DNA of 64,000 nucleotides from Macrostomum lignano (Eukaryota): positions 215,053 through 279,052 of the forward strand of contig NIVC01001493.1 of the NCBI GenBank assembly GCA_002269645.1. Direction: 5' to 3'. The translations under genes were made by a program, and so were the position numbers. The notes under the pieces are model-generated. The model saw nothing but the letters and a program-made list of their open reading frames with translations. It was not told the DNA's origin and searched no databases. Position 1 is the first letter of the stretch; every line of letters begins with the position of its first letter. Positions 1 through 11,800 of the stretch are shown in pieces.

Positions 1-1878
1 CAGCCTGCTGCTTCTGCTGCTAGGAAAGACAAGAAGGCTGCGAAAAAAGCTGCTGCTGCCACTGATGCTGCTCAGCGAGGCGTGATTGTTAACACGTCAT
101 CTCTGTCTGCGTTTGATGGACAGGTGAATGTTTATGTTGGGATAGGCTTGCTGTTTGAGTAGGTAATCTGGTGTCTGAAGTAGGTAGGCTCTGGTCTCTG
201 AGTAGGTAGGCTCTGGTCTCTGAGTAGGTAGGCTCTGGTCTCTGAGTAGGTAGGCTTTGTGTCTGAGTAGGTAGGCTTTGTGTCTGAGTAGTAGGCTTTG
301 TGTCTGAGTAGGTAGGCTCTGGTCTTTGAGTAGGTAGGCTTTGTGTCTGAGTAGGTAAGCTCTGGTCTCTGAGTAGGTAGGCTTTGTGTCTGAGTAGGTA
401 GGCTCTGGTCTCTGAGTAGGTAGGCTTTGTGTCTGAGTAGGTAGGCTCTGGTCTCTGAGTAGGCAGGCTTTGTGTCTGAGTAGGTAGGCTTTGTGTCTGA
501 GTAGGTAGGCTTTGTGTCTGAGTAGGTAGTCTTTTGTGCCTGAGTAGTCAGACTTGGTGTCTAGGTAGGCAGTCTTTGTGTCTGAGTAGGTAGGCTTAGT
601 GTTGAGTAGGTAGTCCTGGTGTCTGAGTAGGCAGGCTTTGTGTCTGAGTAAGTAGGCTCTGTGTCTGAGTAGGTAGGCTTTATGTCTGAGTAAGTAGTTT
701 AGTTGTCTAAAGATGTAATAGCTGTGTTTTATGAGTTTTAGGGAGCGCCAATGTGGGCGGTTTAAAGTTGTAAACGGAGGAGACTTATTTCGTTAGAAAA
801 AAACTTCATTTTTTTTTCACTCTCGCGGCAGGCAACCCAGACGATGTACTCGGCCAGCAAGGCGGCGGTGGCCGCAATGACCCTGCCTCTGTCCAGAGAT
901 CTGGCACCGCTGGGTATTCGTGTCTGCTGCATCGCTCCGGGTGAGATCTCAACTGAATAGTCAACTTTAGAGCTTCCTGATAATCACATAGAGACACCCG
1001 GATTATCATCATTAGATCACCTTAAACGCGATCATTAAAATATCATGATAGCAATCCGATACCGCATGATAATTAACCTAATCACCCAAAAAAATCTTTC
1101 TCAAACTAACTCAAATATTAATCATCAAATTGCCTTGATGATCATCATCAACTCGCTCTGAGAATCATAATAAAATCACCCTGATAATCATCATCAAATC
1201 TCCCTGATAATCATCATCAAATCACCCTGATAACCATCACCAAAGCACTCTGATAATCATCATCAAATCGCCCTGATAATCATCACCAAATCACTCTGAT
1301 AATCATCATCATATCGCCCTGATAATCATCACCAAATCACTCTGATAATCATCATCAAATCGCCCTGATAATCATCACCAAATCACTCTGATAATCATCA
1401 TCAAATCGCCCTGATAATCATCATCAAATCACCCTAAAAATCATTAGACGGTCATTAGATTACTGTGATAATCATAAAAAATCTTCTTGATAATCATGAA
1501 GTCACCCTGATAGTCACTGGGCTGTGATTAAATTATTGCAATAATCATCGAATCCCATTCTCCCCCAAACCTCAAACCGCAGGCTACTTCGACTCCCCGA
1601 TGTGCGTACGCGACTCCTACCCGCCCCGGGTATTGAAGTTCCTCGCCGACCACAACCGCGCCATCTACCGGCTGGGTCGGCCGACAGAGTTCGCGGACGC
1701 GGTAGAGATGATCCTGCTCAACCCCATGCTCAACGGAGTCTGCCTCCGGTTGGACTCAGCGTCTAGGGGATTTTTCTATCACCGACGCCAGAAAGCCGTG
1801 CCGCTGGTTGCTAGGGACGCTCCGGCAACTGTTGAGGACTCAGGGGCTGGTGATACTACTGCTGAAGTAGCTCAGTAG
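1..1878 (+). CDS. HSD17B10: 3-hydroxyacyl-CoA dehydrogenase type-2 / 17-beta-HSD10-like short-chain dehydrogenase, 5'-partial; exons <1-123, 832-940, 1583-1878
   Basis: The spliced translation reads [17 protein letters not shown]|[37 protein letters not shown]|YFDSPM...[29 protein letters not shown]. This matches the HSD17B10/scully pattern (QRGVIINTAS..FEGQ.GQAAYSASK...TLP.ARDLAP.GIRV..IAPG...RLG.P.EYA......NP.LNGE.IRLD). The YxxxK motif is intact, introns are GT-AG with phases 0 and 1, and the stop is TAG at 1876-1878. Confidence 0.9.
175..700. repeat. ~21-22 bp minisatellite (GAGTAGGTAGGCTCTGGTCTCT variants) in an HSD17B10 intron
   Basis: More than 20 degenerate tandem copies are directly visible. 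Confidence 0.95.
1010..1500. repeat. ~22 bp minisatellite (TGATAATCATCATCAAATCACCC) in an HSD17B10 intron
   Basis: Tandem copies are visible, most homogeneous at 1180-1440. Confidence 0.9.
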
Positions 1879-2427
1879 TCACATCAGTTTATTTTTCCGC
1901 CAATTTGCATTGCATCATCGGGATCGTATGCATTTCATATGAAAGAAACGAACTAAGCTTTTATAACTGTGTGGCTTAGATTTTATTTTGGCAAAATTGT
2001 CAAACAATAAAATTCAACACATTTTGTATGCATAAAGTAAACTAAAGTTGCTTCGAAAGCGCTGCACGCGTGTTTATTTATTTCTTAATTTGCATAGAAA
2101 GCTAGTGGACCCATTGAATGTCAGCAAATTACACGGAAAAATACTTTATATCCTAGTTGGTTGAGTAGTTGGCAGAGTTTGAATAGTGTCATAACAAAAA
2201 CTGAAGTTCTCTTTTTTACGCGCACATCTAAAAATAGAACTGGGCATACCGAACTTGATTGTACATTTATTTGTACGAGGGCGTACCCGGCTGGTTTACA
2301 GTGCCAGTGTCAGTCTTCTGCCTTAACAGTACGGTGTTTCTTTTATTTTACTTCTCTTTCTTTTATGTTATGTTGCACATAAAATGCGTGTTATTTTTTA
2401 TTTAACAAGATGAGGGAAAACGATGTT

Positions 2428-3447
2428 TCAACTTGACTCATAAGGGACTCGTCCAGGTTGCGACTCGAGCTGGGCCACCCGACGGTTCAGCCTTTCAATC
2501 TCCGCATCCCTCTCTCCCAATGCGGCAGTGTTGTGATCTTGCTCTGCAGCCAGTTGAATGTTCTCCTGCCTCAGCTGCTGGTTCTCTTCGTCCCTCTCGT
2601 GCACCATGCTGTACACCTGCAACACTTGAGTCATAGAGCCAATGAGCTGCTCAGTCAGGTGCATGGGTCCCATGAGGACCTTCTCCTCCAGGAATTGTAA
2701 CTCCCTGTCGTAGGCCTGTAAGGTGGCTTCAACTTGATGGAGAATCTCAGCTTGACGCTCCAGTTTAGGGACGCTCAGCTGTGTCTCTGAGACAGCTCTG
2801 GTCGTCCCGAATGCAACTGCGGCGCCGGCAGCTCCTGCAGCTACGGCCAGCGGAGCCCCTCCACCAAGGGTGGCAATGCCGAGAATGGCAGCTATCCCAG
2901 CTACAGCTGCCATCGCTGCTGCCTTGCCGTAGCCCCATCGCCGCGTGCTTTCTGCTTCTTGGTACAGCTGGGTGAACTTTTGTTCAAATTCTTTGATAGC
3001 TTTTTCGAATAACTCTCGCAGGTTTTCAATTTCCTTTAAAAAGTTCGACAAGTGACTCCCGTAGCGCTTCGACGTGCTGATTGTTTTCTCCAGCCCCTTC
3101 TTCATCTCTGAGACCTCGTCTGCCGTTATCCTGCGACCTTCAATCATCTTGCGAAGGCAGTCTTCAATCTTCTTGTGCTGCTCTTGTAATGGGAGACCAA
3201 ATTCGTTAATTTCATCGATTCTCTTTTTGCAATCGTTCAGTTTAGACATTGCTTCTTGGAACATTGTCGCTTCGAAGTCTTGCAGTCTTTCGCACTTTTC
3301 GTGCAAAGCTTGCAGCCTTTCCTTTGTTACCTTGATCTCCCTTATGGCTTCAGTCATCTTGTGCGCTGCTTTTAACACATCGGCCCAGGCTTGGAAGCTT
3401 TTAGCCATCTCCGAAGTCTGCTCCTGGCTGGACAAGTTGTCAGACAT
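2428..3447 (-). CDS. Intronless coiled-coil protein (~339 aa) with a central Gly/Ala-rich hydrophobic hairpin; ApoL/alpha-pore-former-like architecture, uncharacterised
   Basis: Clean ORF with first ATG at 3447 (MSDNLSSQEQ...). Long E/K/L-rich helical segments flank YGKAAAMAAVAGIAAILGIATLGGGAPLAVAAGAAGAAVAFGTT. There is a minus-strand AATAAA downstream (~2265-2270). The family label is inferred from architecture only. Confidence 0.7.
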   Translation of the reverse strand: MSDNLSSQEQTSEMAKSFQAWADVLKAAHKMTEAIREIKVTKERLQALHEKCERLQDFEATMFQEAMSKLNDCKKRIDEINEFGLPLQEQHKKIEDCLRKMIEGRRITADEVSEMKKGLEKTISTSKRYGSHLSNFLKEIENLRELFEKAIKEFEQKFTQLYQEAESTRRWGYGKAAAMAAVAGIAAILGIATLGGGAPLAVAAGAAGAAVAFGTTRAVSETQLSVPKLERQAEILHQVEATLQAYDRELQFLEEKVLMGPMHLTEQLIGSMTQVLQVYSMVHERDEENQQLRQENIQLAAEQDHNTAALGERDAEIERLNRRVAQLESQPGRVPYESS

Positions 3448-5404
3448 TATTCGTGTTGTAACAGTGTATTCTAGCGTATAACAGGACAATTTTCCGTTTT
3501 GTGGTCTGGAGTGCCTCTCGTGTCCGATTGTATTGTTATATATCTACTGAGAAAATAGGACCAGTTAAAATTCTAGTCTCGGACTAATTCTATTGGCTGC
3601 TCTGAGATCATATAGCATATTCTTTTATGTACAGAACAACTGTATGTATCCAGCAGCACGGCAGTATCTGTCGTGTCGTCCTAATTTCGTGTCTTCTTCA
3701 TGGACAGTCGCCGGTGATGCGTTTCATCTTCAGCAGTCTTTGCTAATGCGCCATGTTTGTCGCGGCTAGCATGCGTCCGCAGCCATCGATCTTGATCTGT
3801 ATTCCTCTCGCCTCCCGGGGCCGTGTCGTCTTCGCCGTGTCGACGAATCACCTGAGCTTTTCCTTGCTACGTTGAGCAACTTTCGCTGACGAAGGATCAT
3901 TGGATGCCGAAAAAATCCAACGATCTGAAACCAAGCTCATCGATGTCTGTCTCGTAATAACCAAGGTTCTTATTGGCCAATGGTTATCTTTGCTATTTAA
4001 TTTTGCAGTTGTCCGATATTTTTACTTTAGTCTCCGCGAGTAGATTATGAAAACAATGACTGCTTCGGGGACAGGGATGCTTTCTACTGAACCGTTTCGT
4101 CTTCATGGTCAGTGTTGCGTCAGACTTTTTATTCTTATTTGAGTAAACTCGATCTATACGCAACATGCATGGTTAGCTTGGTTAGCTACTGACTACTGAC
4201 TAAGTAGCTAGCTGAAGTCTCTTATACACGATATTGCATTTACCGAATCACTGACAGCAGTTCCTGATTGGGATTTTCAAACCAGGTGGCAATTCTGCAA
4301 TTCCGCCTCAGTGCAGCCTTGCCAAGCCTCCAAATTTCATCAGCACGTCGACCGCATGCGTCTGCATGATCAGCTCTGACTTCGTCGGTCACTGGCCTTC
4401 AAGAGCTTCTAGACATTCAACAGGTGGCACCAGGTGACTATGGACACCCTGTTGCGATTGTCTCTGAGTTAGCTGTATCAAGCCTCGACAGGGAGAATAC
4501 CTGAAGTGCTGTGTATCCTCAAACATCCCGTCATCACCCCGACGCCTACCTTTACCGGGTACGGGTGACACCTGGCGATCGACGGGCCGAGGTATTCCAT
4601 CATACCTTTTACATTTCTGACGCTCTTAAAATTATTTTCAAACACAAGAATGGCTACTATAATTGCGAATTCTCTTAAAGGTATTGCTACTCATCGGCTA
4701 TTAATATTTTAATTGGCAAGTTGTTTACCTCTTAAACTGTTAATTGAATCGCACTTTTAAAAAGGGTCTCGCCTTTAAAAAACTACTTTACGCAAAAAGG
4801 CCGAAGGATGAGGGCCGCTACCAGGACACAAACATTCCTGCGTACGCCACTGCATTCGTGTCTGCAGTTGCAAGTAGCTAGCTATATGATAGAAATACTT
4901 GAGTGTAGGGAGCATATTTCTAGTGCAAGAGCTAATCGCTTTGGGCAAGCAGATCAGGAAAGCACGAGCACCCCCGAGGAGAAGAGAAGGTTTGCATCAT
5001 GTACAGCTCTTGCACTGACGAGTTGGCTGCAAGCAGTTGCTGATCTAGTTTGCCTAATACCCGTCTGAAATGCCGCCCAATTTCCTTAGCAGAATCCTAA
5101 GTTGAGGCCCCCCATCCCGCCGCATGTCTGTCTGCTTAGGGCGGCTCCCAGAGGGCAAGCGAGAGATTGGCCGCAAATGCATGCAAATTCAATTGGGAAA
5201 TTGCTGTGACATGTGAATGCATGATTACAAGCACAAGTGAGAATTATGTTGCTTATTTAGTTCCGGGGGCAATGCTCCACGTTTATTCATCAAAAAACGG
5301 TTGTAGTGCTGAATTCTATAAACTTTTGCCTCAATTGTCCCGCTAGGCAGGATCTTAATTTAGGCCTAGTGAAAGTAAAGTTCTACCAAGGTGTATGAGT
5401 AGGG

Positions 5405-5760
5405 GGGGGGCGTAGTGGTTAAGTGCGGCGCCCTGATGTATCAGTGGCGCAGGCTCGATAATTTTGGGACTAAATTGAAATCTCGGCTTGGCTCTGCTCG
5501 TGCAATCAACGCCCTTAAGGGCCAACCCCCAAGGCACAGTGAAGTGTACATGCCTAACGATAAAATAAAGTTAGGGCCGCTGTACACTCCTGTGTGAGTG
5601 TGTGCCTGTACGTATGACTGCGTACGTGTCCACGCGCTTGTGTGCCTGCTCAGGGGAGTCGGTGGAATGGACAGTAATGCCTCTTGGCCGCGGTTGTGCG
5701 ACAATTTCGTTTAAAGTGCGCCAGGGTGCACACAGCCCCCTGCCTCTAATAAATTTTTTA
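5405..5760 (+). mobile_element. Possible tRNA-headed SINE-like element
   Basis: An A-box-like GGCGTAGTGGTTAAG (5409-5423), a GCGCC...GGCGC stem and a degenerate B-box-like GGCTCGATAA (5452-5461) are followed by a GC-richer body and an AATAAA/T-run end. It is not a complete tRNA. Confidence 0.3.
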
Positions 5761-6526
5761 TCAGTGACTTAATTACTGTGTAATTACTATTGAATACCTC
5801 TTGAAACCCTCTTACTCTTACCAAGTTACCAACTATGGGCTCCAGAGCACAAGGCCCTTCTAATACTGTATTGATACTGAATCACCCTGTTATGATGCTC
5901 TGAACCATGGCAGAAATAGTCACAGCTGTCAGTTCAATCAAATGCATGCAATTTACATGCAGTTGGACACCATGAACTTCGATAAGGAAACTGCACACAC
6001 ACTATAGGCCTGCGATTGAGAAAGTTATTAATCAAGAAGTAACAGCTTGTCATGGAATAAATTGATATTGCACCCTAAAACTCTCATAAAGAATCGGAGG
6101 AGTAGGGATATTGCTGTGAGTAGGTTGGAAATTCATTCTAATAAAATGGTGTGCATACATATAGAGTGAACTAATAATATATTTGATGCTTAGCGCACAA
6201 TCATATGCGCCAAATCTGTACGTGACCGCACTGCCGATGGTCACCTCCCAGCCGTATAGTTGGAGAGAGGAAAATACTGGGAGACGGCCGAGAATTTATT
6301 AGACTGCCGGCCAATCCTCGATGAGCGAATGACGGTGGAGAAGAGGGCGAACGATAGAAAAAGGCAAGTGTATAAAATAATAATGCGGTTCAAGTCAAAG
6401 CGCTGCCTTCCAGACCTGATTTCGCGCTCACCAATTTATGCTGAAACTGCCATTGTATGCACGAGTTGGCCATGCGCGCGCGCTGCAGACAGTCCAGCAT
6501 CTGCTGATCCTCACTGCTCCATCGAG

Positions 6527-7371
6527 ATGCCGCTGCAGAATGCAGCCTCCAGGCGGAAGGGCTGGTGCACTCGGCTGAACATTCGCGCCGACAACGCCAG
6601 ATTCCTGCTGCTAGCTGTGCTGATGCTGGTGTACATGCTTGCTGGCGCTGCCGTCTTCATGGCCATCGAAGGCCCCAGAGAGCGGGTGGAGAAAGCCAAG
6701 TACTTCAAATTTGCTCAGGACTTTCGCGCTCGCTACGCCGCGGTGCTCAATCTCAGCGAACTGGACGACTACCTGAGCTTGCATGCTGACGCATTCACAT
6801 CCGGCTACCTGACCGACAGGCGACCCCGGTGGGACTATTCAGGCTCTTTCTACTTTGTTGGCACTGTTGTCTCTACCATTGGTGAGGCCAAAACAGAGTA
6901 CTTTTTAAATTTAAACTGGTGGCAGCTAGGTTCCCAGTCTAGTTCAACAAAGCTGATGTAAAATCTCGCCATTAAATTACTTGGATCACCATTTAAAGTT
7001 TATTAAGACGGGCCAACATCGAATTCTGCCACCGGCATGAGGTAGAACTCAGTTTTGTAGTAAAGAACTGAGAGTGAGAGTGGGAGAGAGAGAGGGGGGA
7101 GAGTGAGAGAGTGTGTGTGGGAGAGAGGGGGAGAGAGAGGGAGAGTGAGTGAGAGAGTGTGTGTGAGAGAGAGTGTGTGTGGGAGAGAGGGGGAGAGAGA
7201 GGGAGAGTGAGTGTGTGCGTGTAAGAGAAAAGGGGGGAGTGCGAGTGAGAGAGAGTGAGAGTGTGAAAGAGAGAGTGACTGAGAGAGAGTGTGTGTGAGA
7301 GAGAGAGTGTGTGTGAGAGAGAGAGAGACTGAGAGAGGAGAGAGAGTGACTGAGAGAGAGAGCGAGAGAGA

Positions 7372-7421
<50 letters not shown>

Positions 7422-7435
7422 CTGAGAGAGAGAGA

Positions 7436-7466
<31 letters not shown>

Positions 7467-7766
7467 TGACTGGGAGAGAGAGAGTGTGTGTGAGAGAGAG
7501 AGAGAGAGAGAGAGTGAGTGAGAGAGTGTGTGTGAGAGAGAGTGTGTGTGGGAGAGAGGGGGAGAGAGAGGGAGAGTGAGTGTGTGCGTGTAAGAGAAAA
7601 GGGGGGAGTGCGAGTGAGAGAGAGTGAGAGTGTGAAAGAGAGAGTGACTGAGAGAGAGTGTGTGTGAGAGAGAGAGTGTGTGTGAGAGAGAGAGAGAGAC
7701 TGAGAGAGGAGAGAGAGTGACTGAGAGAGAGAGCGAGAGAGAGAGAGAGAGTGACTGAGAGAGAGA

Positions 7767-7848
<82 letters not shown>

Positions 7849-7857
7849 CTGAGAGAG

Positions 7858-7917
<60 letters not shown>

Positions 7918-7932
7918 TGACTGAGAGAGAGA

Positions 7933-7968
<36 letters not shown>

Positions 7969-8071
7969 GAGAGAGAGTGACTGAGAGAGAGAGTGTGTGT
8001 CAGAGAGAGAGAGAGAGAGAGTGTGTGTGAGAGAGAGGGGGGAGTGAGAGAGAGGGGGAGTGAGAGTGAGA

Positions 8072-8122
<51 letters not shown>

Positions 8123-8156
8123 TGTGTGTGAGAGAGAGGGGGGAGTGAGAGTGAGA

Positions 8157-8204
<48 letters not shown>

Positions 8205-8271
8205 CTGAGAGAGAGAGTGTGTGTGAGACAGAGAGAGAGAGAGTGTGTGAGAGACAGAGAGAAAGAGAGTG

Positions 8272-8336
<65 letters not shown>

Positions 8337-8397
8337 CTGAGAGAGAGAGAGTGTGTGTGAGAGAGAGTGTGTGTGAGAGAGAGTGACTGAGAGAGAG

Positions 8398-8458
<61 letters not shown>

Positions 8459-8530
8459 CTGAGAGAGAGTGTGTGTGAGAGAGAGTGTGTGTGAGAGAGA
8501 GTGACTGAGAGAGAGAGAGAGAGAGTGACT

Positions 8531-8584
<54 letters not shown>

Positions 8585-8671
8585 CTGAGAGAGAGTGTGT
8601 GTGTGTGTGAGAGAGAGGGGGGAGTGAGAGTGAGAGTGTGTGTGAGAGAGAGAGAGTGACTGAGAGAGAGA

Positions 8672-8725
<54 letters not shown>

Positions 8726-8733
8726 CTGAGAGA

Positions 8734-8807
<74 letters not shown>

Positions 8808-8833
8808 CTGAGAGAGAGTGTGTGTGTGTGAGA

Positions 8834-8891
<58 letters not shown>

Positions 8892-11800
8892 CTGAGAGAG
8901 AGTGTGTGTGTGTGAGAGAGAGGGGGGAGTGAGAGTGAGAGTGTGTGAGAGAGAGAGAGTGACTGAGAGAGAGTGTGTGTGAGTGAGAGAGAGAGAAATG
9001 GAGAAGGCCGGGGTGTCATAAATCTGGTGCGGGAGAAAGCAAGCGCTGCTGATTTCTGTTGGGAAGCCGGCAGGGGATCCAGCAGCAGAATTTACTGTGC
9101 CACATACGCAGTTATGATTTCGCGGCACAACCAGAGATTTGCTGCTTAGCCCCCACCCAGCTGCATTCTATCCACTAGCAAGCATTCTGACCCGGCAGAA
9201 GCACAGGCGCCCAAAGCAGCACAGAGAGGCGTATCAGGTTCGTTGCCAGGAATTCTCCTTGCACCACTGCGACTCTTCTATCGCAGATTTTTCCGCCAAA
9301 GTGATTAAGCGTGTTTCGCCTCGACCTCGCCATTGCCTCCCGCTACCCTCAATCTTTTCTTCTCCTGGTTGGAAAATATTATTAAAAGTCGCTGCCCTGT
9401 GAGTTTGGCGATTCTTGAACCTTTTCGGCTAGTTGGATTATATCTGTGTGTGTGGTCTGTCATTTATAAATGTTCGACTTTATGCCTCTCTGTGTAATCA
9501 CTCCGTTCGTCAATCAAAACTGGTTTTGCGGAACTGGTGCGTACTGATCTGTACCAGCAGCTGCGAATGCCGCTTTCAGATCAGATCGCCAAGGGCCAGA
9601 TAGGTAACCTAAGTGCATTGGTACGGGCCAGAGGAGGGGACAGAAAGGAGAGAGAAGAGGGGAAAGATCAGAGTAAGAGGTGAGGAGAGGGAATAAAGTC
9701 AAAGAGAGGAGACAAGGGGAGAGGAGAGGAAAGGAAAGGAGAGGAGAGGAGAGGAGAGGAGAGGAGAGGAGAGGAGAGGAGAGGAGAGGAGAGGAGAGGA
9801 GAGGAGTGAGGAAAAAAGGAGTGGAGTGGAGAGGAAAGGCGAGAAAAGAGAAGAGAGAGGAGATTCGAGAGAAGGGAGCTGAGAAGAGACAGAAAGCTTG
9901 AGCCCTTCCGGACCTTGAGCCACCTGGTATCAATGCTTTACTGCAGACAGCAACTTATTTTGTATGCTAGGATCTTAGCAAAACTATCAGCGTCCATCCC
10001 AAAGTCTAGACCCACAGTTACTAAGTCGCATACGAGTTGCTGTGTAAGGAATTCCCAGGAGAAATCGATCCAGCAGCGAACTGAGATGTGTGAACCGATT
10101 CACTGGGATCGTGAGGATTCTATTAATTGTTAGCTTTGCCTCGATCGGAAATGCCAATTCCAAGAATTGCACATCTCCGGAAAATTGGCGCCATCCATCC
10201 TAACGAATTGAGTTTTAGTTCCATGGCGACGTCTCTGATGGTAGTCTGAGATTGTAGAATGCTCGCTTCCCGAAGAAAAAATTCCCCAGCATCGAGTCAA
10301 GTGGCCCAGAAACTGGAAACTGAGAGCGCACCCGGGGGTTCTGTTTTCCGTATCTGAATTATTCACAGCTTCTTCAGGTGAAGAAGTGGGTTAAGCTGAA
10401 GTCAGTCAGTAGGTCAGTGCACTGGTACACTCATACTTTTCACTCACCGCTCTTCTTGTTCACCTGCTGCTGGGAAACATGCTGGTGAACCTTTGCCGAG
10501 GGTTCGTGGAAGAAAGAGAACAAGGGACACCTGCAGTTTTTCTCAAGCCTCTTTCGACTTTGGGAAAAAAAACAGTTTAAAAATCCTAATTTTTTCCCTA
10601 TAGCTACTCTCGAACTTGCATTTCGCTTCGTAGGTATGACCGAAAGCGTTTTTATTTACAAAATATCCAAAAAAATTGTCAATTAGATATCGGAAAGCTA
10701 AAAATAGCGAAATCTTTGTAAAGAAAACAAAAACCTTTCCGGTCCAGGGCTTTAGAGAAGCGACTCGATCTGTATTCCCAACAGGCAGAAACGAAATCAA
10801 GTGATTTATTTTCATCAACTCTCCTATAAGCATACAGACACACTGAGAGAGAGACGGGGAACTGTCAACACACACCCAGAGCATCGTCACGAGGCTATTG
10901 CGTGCGTCTGTCAGTCTGCCAGTCAGGAATTCAATATCTGTTTATTTGATGCATTACACACAGACAGTTCTACCAGCTAATAATGTCAGCGGCTTATTGC
11001 CGGCAGTGTCAGGCTCGTGTCTCCAGCTTTGATAAGACAAATAAATGTGTAGGTCGACAAGGGACGTGAGACTGGATACTTGGATGGATAAATTAAAATG
11101 GCTTAGAGTCTGTACTGTATCGTAAAGGATTCAGCAACCGACTTAGAAGTGAAATGGACTGCTCCAATTCCACAAACCACTTGTAGCCTAAATGTGCTTG
11201 GACCAGCTTATAGTCTTCGTTATCTTAATCTTCGTTAACTGTCGATCTTACCTCTTGATTAGGTTCGCCATGCAGAAATTAAAGTGACCCGAACTAAGGT
11301 TTTAAAGGGCCTCAGGAAAAAAAATGGAGTGAAGTCACGCAGCTCCACTTTTGAGCAGGTTTTAACCAATTCAAGGAGCACGAAGTCGGGCTCACTTTTT
11401 GTTGCGCACCTTCTCAAACAAGAATCCAGTCTCCAACCCTCCCCATAAGCGCCATCTATGCGCCAATCAGCACTACGCCTCTGTGCTGCCTTTGCCAAGC
11501 CTAGAAGACATTGACTTGTTGATTCTTAACAGATCTTGTCTATCTTCTTGGGTTGCTGCGCAAGTACTTTCAAGAACGTGCAAGATCTTCGTTATGATAA
11601 TACTTAGGTAAACTTACCAGATCTGGGCCACTTGCTACATCGTACAAGATCTTAACTTTTAAAATCTTTTTATAACTTCGAATCGCATATTTTATTAAAT
11701 TTATTGTCCCATTTTGCCATAAAATAAAAAAATAATAAAGCTAGAACACTTAAGCCAAATGAATGACAAAACAAATTTACCTCCCTTCTTAGAAGTCCTG

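Noticed and set aside
3858-3915. Hammerhead-like core CTGACGA-A-GG...CC-GAAA
   Set aside because: Stem I needs a 5-nt bulge and stem III is only A-T pairs. Roughly one such core is expected by chance in a window this size.
5405-5470. Functional tRNA gene
   Set aside because: There is no acceptor stem or proper anticodon loop and the B box is degenerate. It is kept only as a low-confidence SINE head.
6260-6526. 89-aa N-terminal extension of the KCNK ORF
   Set aside because: It starts at a non-ATG codon and shows no THIK-like sequence. ATG 6527 fits the family start.
6993-9128. Long ORFs of 711 aa and 339 aa (SL/ER repeats), and similar ORFs at 12654-13724, 19047-19536, 37074-37602 and 51217-51978
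   Set aside because: These are translations of GA/CT/CAGA micro- and minisatellites that lack stop codons, with no protein-like complexity.
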